From assembly GCA_012517285.1 (NCBI GenBank), contig JAAYVG010000029.1, positions 2 through 64,001 of the forward strand: a stretch of DNA of 64,000 nt, given 5' to 3'. Every line of letters begins with the position of its first letter. Positions within the stretch are counted from its first letter, which is position 1. The notes under the pieces were generated by a model. The model ran no database searches. It saw nothing but the letters and a program-made list of their open reading frames with translations, and was not told where the DNA came from. The position numbers and the translations under genes are program-made. Source of the stretch: Elusimicrobiota bacterium. GTDB lineage: Bacteria; Elusimicrobiota; Elusimicrobia; Elusimicrobiales; UBA9959. Shown one piece after another: positions 46,014 through 56,155 of the stretch.

Positions 46014-46052
46014 TTTACATAAAATTTACATATCTTTTACACCATTTTAATC
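46014..46052 (+). promoter_or_regulatory. Putative Pho boxes: TTTACA hexamers at 11-bp spacing upstream of the porin-pst operon
   Basis: TTTACA at 46014, 46025 and 46036, and TTTAAT/TTAATC at about 46047. These lie 50-90 nt upstream of the porin start. PhoB/PhoR genes are adjacent. Confidence 0.5.
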
Positions 46053-46101
46053 ACTGATTACTAAAATTTATTTATGAAAGAAAAATTAAAAGGAGGTGAT
46101 G

Positions 46102-47358
46102 ATGATAAAAAAGATACTGACACCTGCCTTAGTGTGTTTGGTATTTACTTCTGCAACAGTCATATCAGCAGGGGAGTTAGACCCGCTACTCGATAAATTG
46201 GTGGAGAAGGATGTTATAAGTGGAGTTGATGCGATTGAAATAAAATCTGAAAGTGAGGAAAAGATGAAAAATGAGATATCACAGAAGCTTAACAATGTTC
46301 TTCCACTCTGGATGCAGACAGTTACCATAGGTGGGGATCTAAGGTTCAGGCATGAGGTAAATGATGATGAGAATAACTCCTATATAAGGAGAAGGGATAG
46401 AATAAGAATGAGAGTTTCTCTTGATTCAAAGGTAAACAATAAGGTTTATGCATACATCCGTATAGCATCAGGAGAAAACAGTGATCTCAGAAGCACAAAT
46501 CAGACACTCTCTGGAAATTTTGAGAAAAAGAGTGTATGGCTTGATTATGCTTACTTTGATTATTTTCCATTTGAGTTTTTATCGGTTTCTGCTGGAAAGA
46601 TAAAAAATTCTATATGGACAACGAATGATATGATATGGGACGCTGATATAAACACTGAGGGATATTTAGTTTCTTTAAGAAAGAGTTTCAGTTCAACATT
46701 TGCTGCTGATATAAGAGGAGGCAGATTCATACTCGATGAAATAAAGGATAAATCTGATCCTGAAATCCTTTACTCACAGATACACTTTAAAACGAGCAAC
46801 GATGAGCAGAATTTCAGCTTTGAGTCAGGCTTTGCTTACTATGACTTTAAAAACATAAAGGGAAAAAAACTTCTTAAATATTCATCACTAACAAACTCAT
46901 CAGCATTGCCATCAACCACAACATACAGATATGATTACAATGTTTACAGCTTTGATAATGAGATAGGATATACACTGCTCAATCCTATAAGGATTCCATT
47001 AACGGGGCTGAGCATTAATTATCTCTCAGCAAATGCAAACTATGTTAAGAACTTGAGACCATCGACTCATAACGATGGCTATTTGTTAGGGTTAAGCATC
47101 GGTCAAAAGAGTGTGATGAATACTGGTGATTTCAAGCTCTCTTACAACTATAGAAGGCTTTCTCAAGATGCGTTTCTTGATTCATATCCTGATTCTGATT
47201 TTTATTATGGTGATACAGGAATTTATGGATCAAAATATGTTCTCACTCTTGGTCTGGCTGAAAACTTTGATATTACTGTGTCTCATATAAACTCAAAACC
47301 AATAGCATCAGGGAAAAAAGACAGACTCACTCAGTTCGATGTAAACCTAAAATTTTAA
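46102..47358 (+). CDS. Outer-membrane porin, probably phosphate-selective by context
   Basis: Signal peptide, beta-strand-rich sequence ending in F. First gene of the pst cluster. Start could be 46096, 46099 or 46102. Confidence 0.6.
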   Translation: MIKKILTPALVCLVFTSATVISAGELDPLLDKLVEKDVISGVDAIEIKSESEEKMKNEISQKLNNVLPLWMQTVTIGGDLRFRHEVNDDENNSYIRRRDRIRMRVSLDSKVNNKVYAYIRIASGENSDLRSTNQTLSGNFEKKSVWLDYAYFDYFPFEFLSVSAGKIKNSIWTTNDMIWDADINTEGYLVSLRKSFSSTFAADIRGGRFILDEIKDKSDPEILYSQIHFKTSNDEQNFSFESGFAYYDFKNIKGKKLLKYSSLTNSSALPSTTTYRYDYNVYSFDNEIGYTLLNPIRIPLTGLSINYLSANANYVKNLRPSTHNDGYLLGLSIGQKSVMNTGDFKLSYNYRRLSQDAFLDSYPDSDFYYGDTGIYGSKYVLTLGLAENFDITVSHINSKPIASGKKDRLTQFDVNLKF

Positions 47359-47367
47359 GGAGGAAAG

Positions 47368-48216
47368 ATGAAAAAAATAATGTTTGTTATGATGACAGTA
47401 GTTACAGCCCTTGTTAGCAATGGTTACTCGAGGGTTATGATGGAAGGTTCTACAACAGTGCTTCCTATAGCTCAGAAGGTAGCTGAGGTCTATAACAAAG
47501 CAAATCCAGGAGCTAATGTGATTGTGAAGGGCGGTGGAAGTGGTGTTGGGATAACATCTTTAATAGATGGAAACTGCGATATTGCAAATGCATCAAGACC
47601 GATACAGAAAAAGGAACTTGATGCAGCATCAAAAAAGGGAAAGAGTATAAAAGGAAATATAATAGCAATTGATGGAATAACAATAATAGTCAATCCCTCA
47701 AACCCCATAACTTCCATAACAAAAAAGCAGCTTATGGATATATATACCGGTAAAATAAAAAATTGGAAGCAGTTAGGCGGAGAGGACAAAAAGATCATTG
47801 TTGTATCAAGGGACAGTGCAAGTGGAACATTTGAGGCATTTAGTGAATTAGCACTTGATAAAAAAAGAGTTAGACCTGATGCCCTTATGCAGGCAAGCAA
47901 TCAGGGAGTTTTAAACATAGTATCTCAGACCAATGGTGCCATAGGATATATAGGAATAGGCTATCTTAGTGACAAGGTTAAAGCGATAAAATACGAAGGG
48001 GTTGAACCAACAAGAGAAAATGTGCTTGCTGGAAAGTATAAACTCCAGAGGCCGTTGTTTATGTACACCAATGAATATCCAAATGAAGAGGTTAAAAAGC
48101 TTATTTCATTTGTTAAATCAGATGAGGGACAGGCCATAGTTGAAGAGATTGGATACATCGGAATAATGGAAAAGGCAAAGGTTAAAAAGGCAGATGATAC
48201 AAAGGAACAAAAATAA
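47368..48216 (+). CDS. pstS: Phosphate ABC transporter substrate-binding protein
   Basis: GSTTVLPIAQ, GGGSGVG and SRDSASGT motifs. Confidence 0.9.
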   Translation: MKKIMFVMMTVVTALVSNGYSRVMMEGSTTVLPIAQKVAEVYNKANPGANVIVKGGGSGVGITSLIDGNCDIANASRPIQKKELDAASKKGKSIKGNIIAIDGITIIVNPSNPITSITKKQLMDIYTGKIKNWKQLGGEDKKIIVVSRDSASGTFEAFSELALDKKRVRPDALMQASNQGVLNIVSQTNGAIGYIGIGYLSDKVKAIKYEGVEPTRENVLAGKYKLQRPLFMYTNEYPNEEVKKLISFVKSDEGQAIVEEIGYIGIMEKAKVKKADDTKEQK

Positions 48217-48238
48217 GAAAAGATAAGACTCGACATGC

Positions 48239-48278
48239 TTACCCATCCACTCAGCTAACTGGGTGGATGGGTTTATTA
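48239..48278 (+). terminator. Hairpin between pstS and pstC (attenuator or partial terminator)
   Basis: CCCATCCACTCAG-CTAA-CTGGGTGGATGGG, a 13-bp stem with one mismatch, followed by TTTATT. Confidence 0.5.
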
Positions 48279-48317
48279 ATCTAAAATCTACAAAATAAGT
48301 TTAGGAAAATAAAAAAA

Positions 48318-48345
48318 TTTACACAGAATTTACATTGATTTTACT
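48318..48345 (+). promoter_or_regulatory. Second putative Pho-box set upstream of pstC
   Basis: TTTACA at 48318, TTTACA at 48329, TTTACT at 48340 (11-bp phasing). Confidence 0.45.
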
Positions 48346-48388
48346 CATCCTTTATTATGGACTGATAAAATTTATTTAGAGGTTGAAG

Positions 48389-49291
48389 ATGAAAGAAGAA
48401 ATTATCAAAAAATTAAAAAAGGAAAAACTGATAGAATATCTGATCAAGTTTTTTTCACTTTTTTCGATAATGTCCCTTGCTGCTATATCACTTCTGCTTC
48501 TTTATGAATCATTGCCAGCATTTCGCGAAACAGGATTTGTTGCAATGTTTTTTGGTAAGGAGTGGTATCCAACATATGATCCTGCATCCTTTGGTATGCT
48601 TCCGCTTTTGTGGGGAAGCATATTTATAACAGCTATTTCAATTATTATATCTGCACCGCTTTCATTGGCAACAGCAATTTATATAAATGAGCTTGCATCA
48701 CCAAAAATCAAAAAAATTTTGAAACCTGCAATAGAGATACTTGCATCAATTCCATCGGTGGTTTATGGACTCTGGGGCGCAACATTTTTAGCACCAATAG
48801 TTGCAAAAACATTTTCACTTCCAATAGGATTTAATGCCCTGACAGCTGGAACAGTTCTTGCAATAATGTGTATTCCAATAATTACAACACTCTGCGAAGA
48901 TGCTCTTAACTATGTTCCAGTTTCTTTTAAAGAGGCATCGTATGCCTTAGGAGCAAACAGATGGCAAACACTTGTAAGGGTAACAGTTCCTGCTGCATCA
49001 TCAGGGATAATCAATGCATTAATACTTGGGATAGGAAGGGCAATAGGTGAAACAATGGTTGTTCTTATGGTAAGCGGTGGAGCTGCTGTTATATCATTTT
49101 CTTTATTTGACCCGATAAGACCAATAACATCAGCCATTGCAAGCGAGATGGGAGAGGCAAGCTTTGGAAGTCTTCACTATCACACGCTTTTTGCTGCTGG
49201 ATTTTTTCTTGCTGTGATAACACTTGTTTTAAACATCATTGCTGAGAGATTTACAGAAAGATTTAAAGTTAAATTAGGGAAATCAAGATGA
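48389..49291 (+). CDS. pstC: Phosphate ABC transporter permease PstC
   Basis: Polytopic. EAS.ALGA..WQT permease signature. ATG at 48389. Confidence 0.9.
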   Translation: MKEEIIKKLKKEKLIEYLIKFFSLFSIMSLAAISLLLLYESLPAFRETGFVAMFFGKEWYPTYDPASFGMLPLLWGSIFITAISIIISAPLSLATAIYINELASPKIKKILKPAIEILASIPSVVYGLWGATFLAPIVAKTFSLPIGFNALTAGTVLAIMCIPIITTLCEDALNYVPVSFKEASYALGANRWQTLVRVTVPAASSGIINALILGIGRAIGETMVVLMVSGGAAVISFSLFDPIRPITSAIASEMGEASFGSLHYHTLFAAGFFLAVITLVLNIIAERFTERFKVKLGKSR

Positions 49292-50142
49292 AAAAGAAAG
49301 AAGGATTTGGATTTTTGATAATAAAAATTCTGACAGCAGTAACAGTTCTCTCATTTCTGGTGATAATAGGATTCATCTTTTTCAAAGGGATTAAGGTAAT
49401 GAGCTGGAGCTTTATAACCAAATTCCCAGAAAATTTTATGACAGAGGGGGGAATATTTCCTGCAATTGTTGGAAGTTTTTATCTTGTATTGCTCAGTGTT
49501 TTCTTTGCAATAGTTCCTTCTGTTGCAACAGCAATCTATTTAAATGAATACAGCAAAAGCAGACGGCTTGCAAGAATAATAAAAATAAGTATAAACAACC
49601 TCAGTGCTGTTCCTTCGGTTGTTTACGGACTTTTTGGACTTGGTATATTTGTTAAATATTTAAAGTTTGGGGTTTCAATGCTCTCAGGTTCACTAACACT
49701 TTCAATAGTCATACTGCCGCTTATGATATCATCAGCCAATGAAGCATTTATGGCCATTCCTAACTCACTCAGGGAAGCATCTATGGCGTTGGGTGCGACA
49801 AAGTGGTTTACTATAAAAAAAATACTTTTACCCATAGCTATGCCATCTATAATAACAGGAATTATTCTGAGTATTGCAAGAGCAGCCGGTGAGACGGCAC
49901 CGATACTCTTTACAGCCGCTGTATTTTATTCGCCAGAACTACCACATTCAATTTTATCCGAGGTCATGGCACTTCCATATCACATATATGCACTTGTGAC
50001 AGAGGGAACAAGCCCTGAGGTTCAGGTTCCAATAGCATATGGAGCTTCGCTTGTTCTTATAATGCTTGTTATAATCTTATCCATTGCTGCAATAGTTATA
50101 AGAGAGAGAAACAGGAGGGTATATGATAAACTTGGCAACTGA
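49288..50142 (+). CDS. pstA: Phosphate ABC transporter permease PstA
   Basis: Polytopic. REAS.ALGATKW signature. 4-nt overlap with pstC. Confidence 0.9.
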   Translation: MKKKEGFGFLIIKILTAVTVLSFLVIIGFIFFKGIKVMSWSFITKFPENFMTEGGIFPAIVGSFYLVLLSVFFAIVPSVATAIYLNEYSKSRRLARIIKISINNLSAVPSVVYGLFGLGIFVKYLKFGVSMLSGSLTLSIVILPLMISSANEAFMAIPNSLREASMALGATKWFTIKKILLPIAMPSIITGIILSIARAAGETAPILFTAAVFYSPELPHSILSEVMALPYHIYALVTEGTSPEVQVPIAYGASLVLIMLVIILSIAAIVIRERNRRVYDKLGN

Positions 50143-50929
50143 TATAGCAAAATTTCAAAGGACTGAGATAAAAAATACTGTAAAGATAAAAACTAATAAC
50201 TTAAATTTTTATTATGGTGAAAAACATGTCTTAAAAAATATAAACCTTGATATATATAAAAACAGGGTTACTTCAATAATAGGACCGAGCGGTTGTGGAA
50301 AATCAACATTTATAAGACTCATAAACAGAATGAATGATTTCATATCAGGGGCAAAAGCTGAGGGTAAAATCCTTCTTGATGGTAAAAATATTCTTGATAA
50401 AAACATTAATGTTGTGAAACTCAGAAGAAAGGTTGGTATGGTTTTTCAGAAACCAAATCCATTTCCAAAGAGCATATATGAAAATGTGGCATACGGTCTT
50501 TATGTAAACGGTCAGAAAAAAGGGATTGATACAGACAAAAGGGTTATAGAGTCACTGAAACATGCTGCACTTTTTGATGAAGTCAATGAAAGATTGAATG
50601 ATTCAGCACTCTCGCTTTCGGGTGGCCAGCAGCAGAGATTATGTATAGCAAGATGTATAGCAGTAAGGCCTGAGATAATACTCTTTGATGAGCCCTGTGC
50701 AAGTCTTGACCCGATATCAACATCAAAGATTGAGGAGCTCATACTGAAACTTAAGGATGATTACACAATAATAATAGTAACACATAATATGCAGCAGGCA
50801 TTAAGGATTAGTGACTATACTGCATTTTTTCTTATGGGTGAACTTGTAGAGTTTGATGAAACAAAAAAAATATTTGAAAATCCAAAGGATAAAAGAACAG
50901 AGGACTATATAACGGGAAAATTTGGATAA
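50123..50929 (+). CDS. pstB: Phosphate ABC transporter ATP-binding protein
   Basis: [22 protein letters not shown] and ILFDEPCSALDP-like motifs. Confidence 0.9.
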   Translation: MINLATDIAKFQRTEIKNTVKIKTNNLNFYYGEKHVLKNINLDIYKNRVTSIIGPSGCGKSTFIRLINRMNDFISGAKAEGKILLDGKNILDKNINVVKLRRKVGMVFQKPNPFPKSIYENVAYGLYVNGQKKGIDTDKRVIESLKHAALFDEVNERLNDSALSLSGGQQQRLCIARCIAVRPEIILFDEPCASLDPISTSKIEELILKLKDDYTIIIVTHNMQQALRISDYTAFFLMGELVEFDETKKIFENPKDKRTEDYITGKFG

Positions 50930-50938
50930 GGAGTGATT

Positions 50939-51604
50939 ATGTATAAATATTTTGAAAATGAAATTGATGATGTAAAGGCAGAGCTTGTTAAGATGAGTAT
51001 TGATATAAAAAAAATGATATCAGACAGTTTTATTGCTCTTAAAGAACGTGATATTACTAAGGCTGAGGCTGTGATAAAATATGATGAGGTCATAGACAAA
51101 ATAGAGATAGAACTGGAGGATAAGTGCACTGAAATAATTTTAAGACATCATCCGCTTGCAAAGGATTTAAGATTTGTCATAGTTGCACTCAAGATGACAA
51201 ACGAGCTTGAAAGGATTGCTGATCTTACTGTAAATGTAAGTGAGAGAGCAATTGAGATAGCTGATAAAGAACCATTAAAACCACTCTATGACATATCAAC
51301 TATGTTTGACATTATAAACACTATGATATCAGATACTGTAAGGGCATTTACTGAACTTAACTACGAATTTGCAAAAAAAGTGATACTAACTGATGAAAGT
51401 ATTAATATATTAAGGGATAAAATTTATATTGAAATATTGGAGAAGTATATCAAACCTAATGGAGCAAAAGCTGAGGTTGGACTGCCTCTAATATTTGTTG
51501 CAAAGCATTTTGAACGGATGGGGGATCACTGCGTTAATATAGCTGAGGACATAATATATCTTGTTTCATCAAAGGTTGTAAAACACCACAATGAAGAATT
51601 CTAA
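50939..51604 (+). CDS. phoU: Phosphate signalling complex protein PhoU
   Basis: Two PhoU repeats with E.RIAD and E.RMGDH motifs. ATG at 50939 follows AAGGAG. Confidence 0.9.
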   Translation: MYKYFENEIDDVKAELVKMSIDIKKMISDSFIALKERDITKAEAVIKYDEVIDKIEIELEDKCTEIILRHHPLAKDLRFVIVALKMTNELERIADLTVNVSERAIEIADKEPLKPLYDISTMFDIINTMISDTVRAFTELNYEFAKKVILTDESINILRDKIYIEILEKYIKPNGAKAEVGLPLIFVAKHFERMGDHCVNIAEDIIYLVSSKVVKHHNEEF

Positions 51605-51754
51605 ATACCTGACTTTGCCCACAATTTTATATACTACAATTTGACAATTTTAAAATAGTCTTTTGTTCGTTTTTTAAAGTAACAATCTTGTTCCACCTGA
51701 AGTTTTTATCTCTATCTATCAACTCTACTTTGTATGCAGTTTTAACAAGACCCG

Positions 51755-51776
51755 AAGTAACCGCGTAGGTTACTTC
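51755..51776. terminator. Hairpin GAAGTAACC-GCGT-AGGTTACTTC between convergent phoU and the kinase gene (family G)
   Basis: 9-10 bp perfect stem. Same sequence as the rloB hairpin. Confidence 0.5.
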
Positions 51777-51832
51777 TCTTCTTCCTAAACAACGAAATAA
51801 CTAGATGACGAGATAACGAATTTGGGGTGAGA

Positions 51833-53557
51833 TTAATGGAGATTGTTTATTATAAATCTAACACCAGATTCAAAGTTTGAGGCAGTTATTGAAGCATTGT
51901 GAAGCATCAGACCATGTTTAACTATTGAAAGTCCTAATCCTGTTCCCTTTGTCTCTCCCCTTGATTTATCAACCTTATAAAACCTTTCAAAAATCCTTGA
52001 TATCTCAGACTCAGGAATCTTTGGACCGCTGTTTTCAAATATTATTTGGTTGTTCTGCACAAAGCATTTGACATAACCAGCCTCTTTATTAAATTTCACA
52101 GCATTATCCATAAGGTTTATGAAAACATTTTCCATAATATTTTCATCAGCATTTATTTTTAGATCAGATGGTATCTCGTTTATAAACTTTATCTTTTTCT
52201 CGTCATATAGCTGTTTTATGTATGAATAACATCTTGTAATAAAATCCTTCAAATTTATTTCTTTGATTTCAGGTTTTATATTTTCTGACTCAAGATAGTT
52301 GAGATTTATTATATCCTTCACAAGTGATATCATTCTTTCAGTGTGCTTTTCAATAACATTTAAAAACTCAGAGGCAGTTTTCTTATCCATATCATTTGAT
52401 ATCAGCGTCTCAATATTAGTTTTTATAACGGTGAGCGGCGTTTTTAAATCGTGAGATATGTTTGATATGAACTCCCTTTTAACAGTTTCTAATTTTTTTA
52501 TCTCGTCTATATCATAAAAAAATATAATTGTATTTTTTTTATTGCCAGCATTAAACGGGCAGAAATCAACCATATAGTATCTTTCGTTAATCTTTATTTC
52601 TTCACTTATAAATCTGTTTTCTGAGTTTGAGATATCAAGGTTATGCATTATACCTGAATCAAGCACAACAGAATTTATATCCCTCTGATATATATCATCA
52701 GTTAAAGAAAATATATTCAAAAATGCTCTGTTATAGCTGAGTATTTTTAATTTATTATCAACAAGGCATATGCCATTTTTCATATTATCTATCAGGGCTT
52801 TAAGATGAGCATTTGTATTCATTATCTCTCTCATATCCCTTTGAATACTTTCTGCCATAGAGTTAAGTGTCTCGGCAAGCTTCTTCACTTCTCCACTAAA
52901 GTCTATTAAAATCCGATGAGAAAAAATTCCATTAGCAAATTCTTTTGAAGCATATATGATTCTGTCAAATGGTTTCAGTATGGTTATGAAAAGATAAATC
53001 CCGATAAACAGAGCAAGAAGCATCACTCCTGAAAAATAAATAAGTATCTTGTTTCTTAGCTGGTTCAGTGAGTTCTTAACGTAGTCAAACTCTACTGCAG
53101 TTCTTACAATAAGATTTTTATCAGCTATATTTATTGCCTCAGCATAATACATCATATTGTTTTTAAGGGTCGGAGAACTTCTTACTGAAAACTCAGGAGA
53201 ACCTTCAAGAGCAGATTTAACCTCAGGCCTTGTGATATGATTTTCAAGTTTTTTTATATCCTCAGGTTTGACATCTGAATCAGCCAAAACTTCACCATTA
53301 TTATCTATGAATGTAACCCTCAGATTGAAAATATCCTTAACAAGTTTTGATATATCATCTAACTTTTTTATATCCTTTATGTTTTCACTTTTAATAATGT
53401 CCTTAGTGTATTGTGTCGTGCTGATCAATTCCCTTTTAATATTTTCTGTTATCTCATTTTTGAATATGTTATATGTCAGTATAAAAAAACCTGAGGACAG
53501 AAGAACAACAAATAAAAGATATGTGAAAATTATTTTATTTTTAAAAACTTTAAACAT
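51833..53557 (-). CDS. Sensor histidine kinase, PhoR-like
   Basis: Two TM segments, HAMP and PAS regions, H-box SHDLKTPLT, and N/G boxes (DNAVKF, GTGLGLSIV). Confidence 0.85.
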   Translation of the reverse strand: MFKVFKNKIIFTYLLFVVLLSSGFFILTYNIFKNEITENIKRELISTTQYTKDIIKSENIKDIKKLDDISKLVKDIFNLRVTFIDNNGEVLADSDVKPEDIKKLENHITRPEVKSALEGSPEFSVRSSPTLKNNMMYYAEAINIADKNLIVRTAVEFDYVKNSLNQLRNKILIYFSGVMLLALFIGIYLFITILKPFDRIIYASKEFANGIFSHRILIDFSGEVKKLAETLNSMAESIQRDMREIMNTNAHLKALIDNMKNGICLVDNKLKILSYNRAFLNIFSLTDDIYQRDINSVVLDSGIMHNLDISNSENRFISEEIKINERYYMVDFCPFNAGNKKNTIIFFYDIDEIKKLETVKREFISNISHDLKTPLTVIKTNIETLISNDMDKKTASEFLNVIEKHTERMISLVKDIINLNYLESENIKPEIKEINLKDFITRCYSYIKQLYDEKKIKFINEIPSDLKINADENIMENVFINLMDNAVKFNKEAGYVKCFVQNNQIIFENSGPKIPESEISRIFERFYKVDKSRGETKGTGLGLSIVKHGLMLHNASITASNFESGVRFIINNLH

Positions 53558-54252
53558 TATATATCAAACCTGTAACCAAAATTTTTAACTGTCCTTATCA
53601 TACCGCCGTATTTACCTAATTTTTTTCTGAGGTTCATAATATGGACATCAACTGTTCTTGTATCTACAAGCTCTGGATCTTTTATATCCCATACATTGTT
53701 TAAAAGAAAATCCCTTGAAACAACCCTTCCATTTGAGCCAATAAATATTTCAAGCAGTTTGAATTCCTTAGCCGTAAGATTTATCTCTTTTTTTGAAATA
53801 CTTACAACCTTTTTATCAAAGTCTACAGCAAAGTCTTTATAACTCCACTGTTTTTTAACATCCACTGCACTCTGACTGGTTCTTCTGATCACTGACTTTA
53901 TTCTTGCTACAAGCTCCTTTATGCTGAACGGCTTTGTCATATAATCGTCTGCACCAAACTCAAAGCCTAAAAGCTTATCAAACTCCTCTGATCTCGCTGT
54001 AAGTATTATAACAGGGATTCTGCTTGTATCCTTTGATCTATCAGCTCTTACTGCTCTCAGTACATCATATCCATTAATTTCTGGTATCATAAGGTCAAGA
54101 ATTATAAGGTCTATTTCTAATTTATTTATCTTATCAAGAGCATCCTTTCCATTGTTAGAAATCAGTGTATTATACCCTTCTTTTTTAAGATTAAAATCAA
54201 TCGCTTTGGATATATCAGCTTCATCCTCAACTATAAGTATTGTTTTGTCCAT
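53557..54252 (-). CDS. OmpR/PhoB-family response regulator
   Basis: Receiver domain (ILIVEDE...DLIILDLMIP) and winged-helix C-terminus (VDVHIMNLRKKL...GYRF). Confidence 0.9.
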   Translation of the reverse strand: MDKTILIVEDEADISKAIDFNLKKEGYNTLISNNGKDALDKINKLEIDLIILDLMIPEINGYDVLRAVRADRSKDTSRIPVIILTARSEEFDKLLGFEFGADDYMTKPFSIKELVARIKSVIRRTSQSAVDVKKQWSYKDFAVDFDKKVVSISKKEINLTAKEFKLLEIFIGSNGRVVSRDFLLNNVWDIKDPELVDTRTVDVHIMNLRKKLGKYGGMIRTVKNFGYRFDI

Positions 54253-54334
54253 AATTTATAATCTATTATATAAAATATAAGATTATATTTTCTTAGATTT
54301 TGATAAATTTGTATCATATATTCTGGAGACAATT

Positions 54335-54559
54335 ATGAAAGAAGTAATAATGAATGTTAAAAATATTATGTGTGCTGGATGTGAGAATGAGATAAGAAAT
54401 GCATTTAAAGATGTTAGAGGAATAATAGATCTTGAGCCATCCCATAAAACCAAAACAGTAACAGTAAAATATGATGAATCAATTATAAACATACCAGAGA
54501 TTAAAAGTATTATAGAGAAAACTGGCAGAAAGGTTAACGATTTTAAAGAAATAAAATAA
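54335..54559 (+). CDS. Heavy-metal-associated (HMA) domain protein, CopZ-like
   Basis: MCAGCE metal-binding motif, 74 aa. Confidence 0.8.
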   Translation: MKEVIMNVKNIMCAGCENEIRNAFKDVRGIIDLEPSHKTKTVTVKYDESIINIPEIKSIIEKTGRKVNDFKEIK

Positions 54560-54562
54560 AGT

Positions 54563-55696
54563 TCATCTCACATATTTTGCATATATCAGAGCACCACCTC
54601 TTAGCATATTTATCACATCACCGCTTACCCTGTAATCAAACGCCATACAGCCCCAGCTCCTGCCCTGTCTTACATTTGCTTCCTTTACATATGGTGATGG
54701 ATGGATGACTACTGCTCTTGAATATACATTAGAGTTGGTTGATGATAGACCATGAAGCCTTAACGATTTACCATACTTGCCATTGTATATCTCCCCTGTT
54801 TTATAAACACCGAGTGATGAAGCATGAGAATTAGGCACATTGCTGAAATAGGTAGGATACCCATCGTTGTTTGTGTCAGAGCCAGATCCGTGGGAGACAT
54901 GGTATGCTGCAACAACTTTTTTTGAGCTGAGGTTTATGATATAAAATCTTGATTTAGCAGAATGTCTTGAAAACTCAAGAACTGCCATAAACCTTCTGTT
55001 GGAAAATCTTGAACTGTTTCTGTTATAGTAATTTAATGCCTCATCCACAAGCGATATATTAGCCCCCGCAGCCCTTGCAACATTATATCTTTGAGCTGTT
55101 GCAGCAGAATAATAATTGCTTACACCATAAACCAGCTGAGAGTTAAAGAAACTGTTGCCAATAGAAGCTATATAATTTTTAATGCCTGCTGCTTTTTTTG
55201 AAAAAACTTGTGCTACTCCCTCCGGCTCTTTATACTTTTCCAGCGACTCAGTGTCATAGTAGTAATAGTAGTCCTTGTATTCATCAAAATCCTTAAACTT
55301 ATAATACTGATCAGCCATAGTTGCAAACTGAGCAATTTCTTCATCGGTGTATTGATCATCATCCTTTAGCTTAACACTTTCATCATAAACAGGTTTCTGA
55401 GTATTGGCTGGTTCAAACTCTAAGTCTCCATCGTTTCCAATGCTAAACTTTTGGCTTTTATCCTTGATTATGCTCTCGACAAATTCATCACTCAAAAACT
55501 CTTGGTTAACATTCTTTTTGCTATCAAGTGAAAAATTAGCATCAGGAACCCTTGTGTTTTTTATCTGTTTTTCTGATACTGAAAAGTTGTCATCCTTTGA
55601 CTCATTGAGATACTCATCAACCTTGCTTTTATCCTTTGAGTATCCTGCATTTATTAAAAAAAATCCACAAACAAGAGATATAACTATCTTTTTCAT
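54563..55696 (-). CDS. L,D-transpeptidase catalytic-domain family protein (YkuD_2-like), secreted
   Basis: Signal peptide. HGSGSD, LRLHGL, VVIHPSPYV and GRSWGC motifs. Confidence 0.65.
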   Translation of the reverse strand: MKKIVISLVCGFFLINAGYSKDKSKVDEYLNESKDDNFSVSEKQIKNTRVPDANFSLDSKKNVNQEFLSDEFVESIIKDKSQKFSIGNDGDLEFEPANTQKPVYDESVKLKDDDQYTDEEIAQFATMADQYYKFKDFDEYKDYYYYYDTESLEKYKEPEGVAQVFSKKAAGIKNYIASIGNSFFNSQLVYGVSNYYSAATAQRYNVARAAGANISLVDEALNYYNRNSSRFSNRRFMAVLEFSRHSAKSRFYIINLSSKKVVAAYHVSHGSGSDTNNDGYPTYFSNVPNSHASSLGVYKTGEIYNGKYGKSLRLHGLSSTNSNVYSRAVVIHPSPYVKEANVRQGRSWGCMAFDYRVSGDVINMLRGGALIYAKYVR

Positions 55697-55928
55697 AACT
55701 CCTCCGACATAACATAAAATCTAAAAGAACCGTCCAATTCAATCCAGCTTAAGTTCTATGAAAAGTTTAATATACCTTTATTATATTTATAAGTGAAAAA
55801 AGACCTAAGGTCAATAGGATAAAGGGCCTATAATAAATATCAATACATTCGTAAACACAATTTAGCTATTTAGTTATCTGGTTGTCTGGTTATTTAGTAA
55901 GACAATTTTGTTATTTGTTATCTAATTT

Positions 55929-56073
55929 AAAAAATCGACAAAAAAAAGACGATTGTCCCAAAAATGTAAATTTTTAGTTTAAAATTAGTATTAAAATTAA
56001 GTTTTATCCTATGAAAATGTGCGTATTAAAAAATCGACAAAAAAAAGACGATCGTCTTTTTTTTGTCGATTTT
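55929..56073. repeat. Second copy of the family F composite element (half palindrome, spacer, full palindrome)
   Basis: See 17957-18102. Confidence 0.8.
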
Positions 56074-56155
56074 GAAAAAAAACTTAATGAAATTCATTAA
56101 TAATACTTAGGGAAAAAGTCGAAAAAAGTTATATAGGTCAATAAGACCAAATTAT

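Noticed and set aside
54283-54492. 69-aa minus-strand ORF in the phoB-copZ intergenic region and copZ
   Set aside because: It is antisense to the HMA-domain gene, which has the diagnostic MCAGCE motif.
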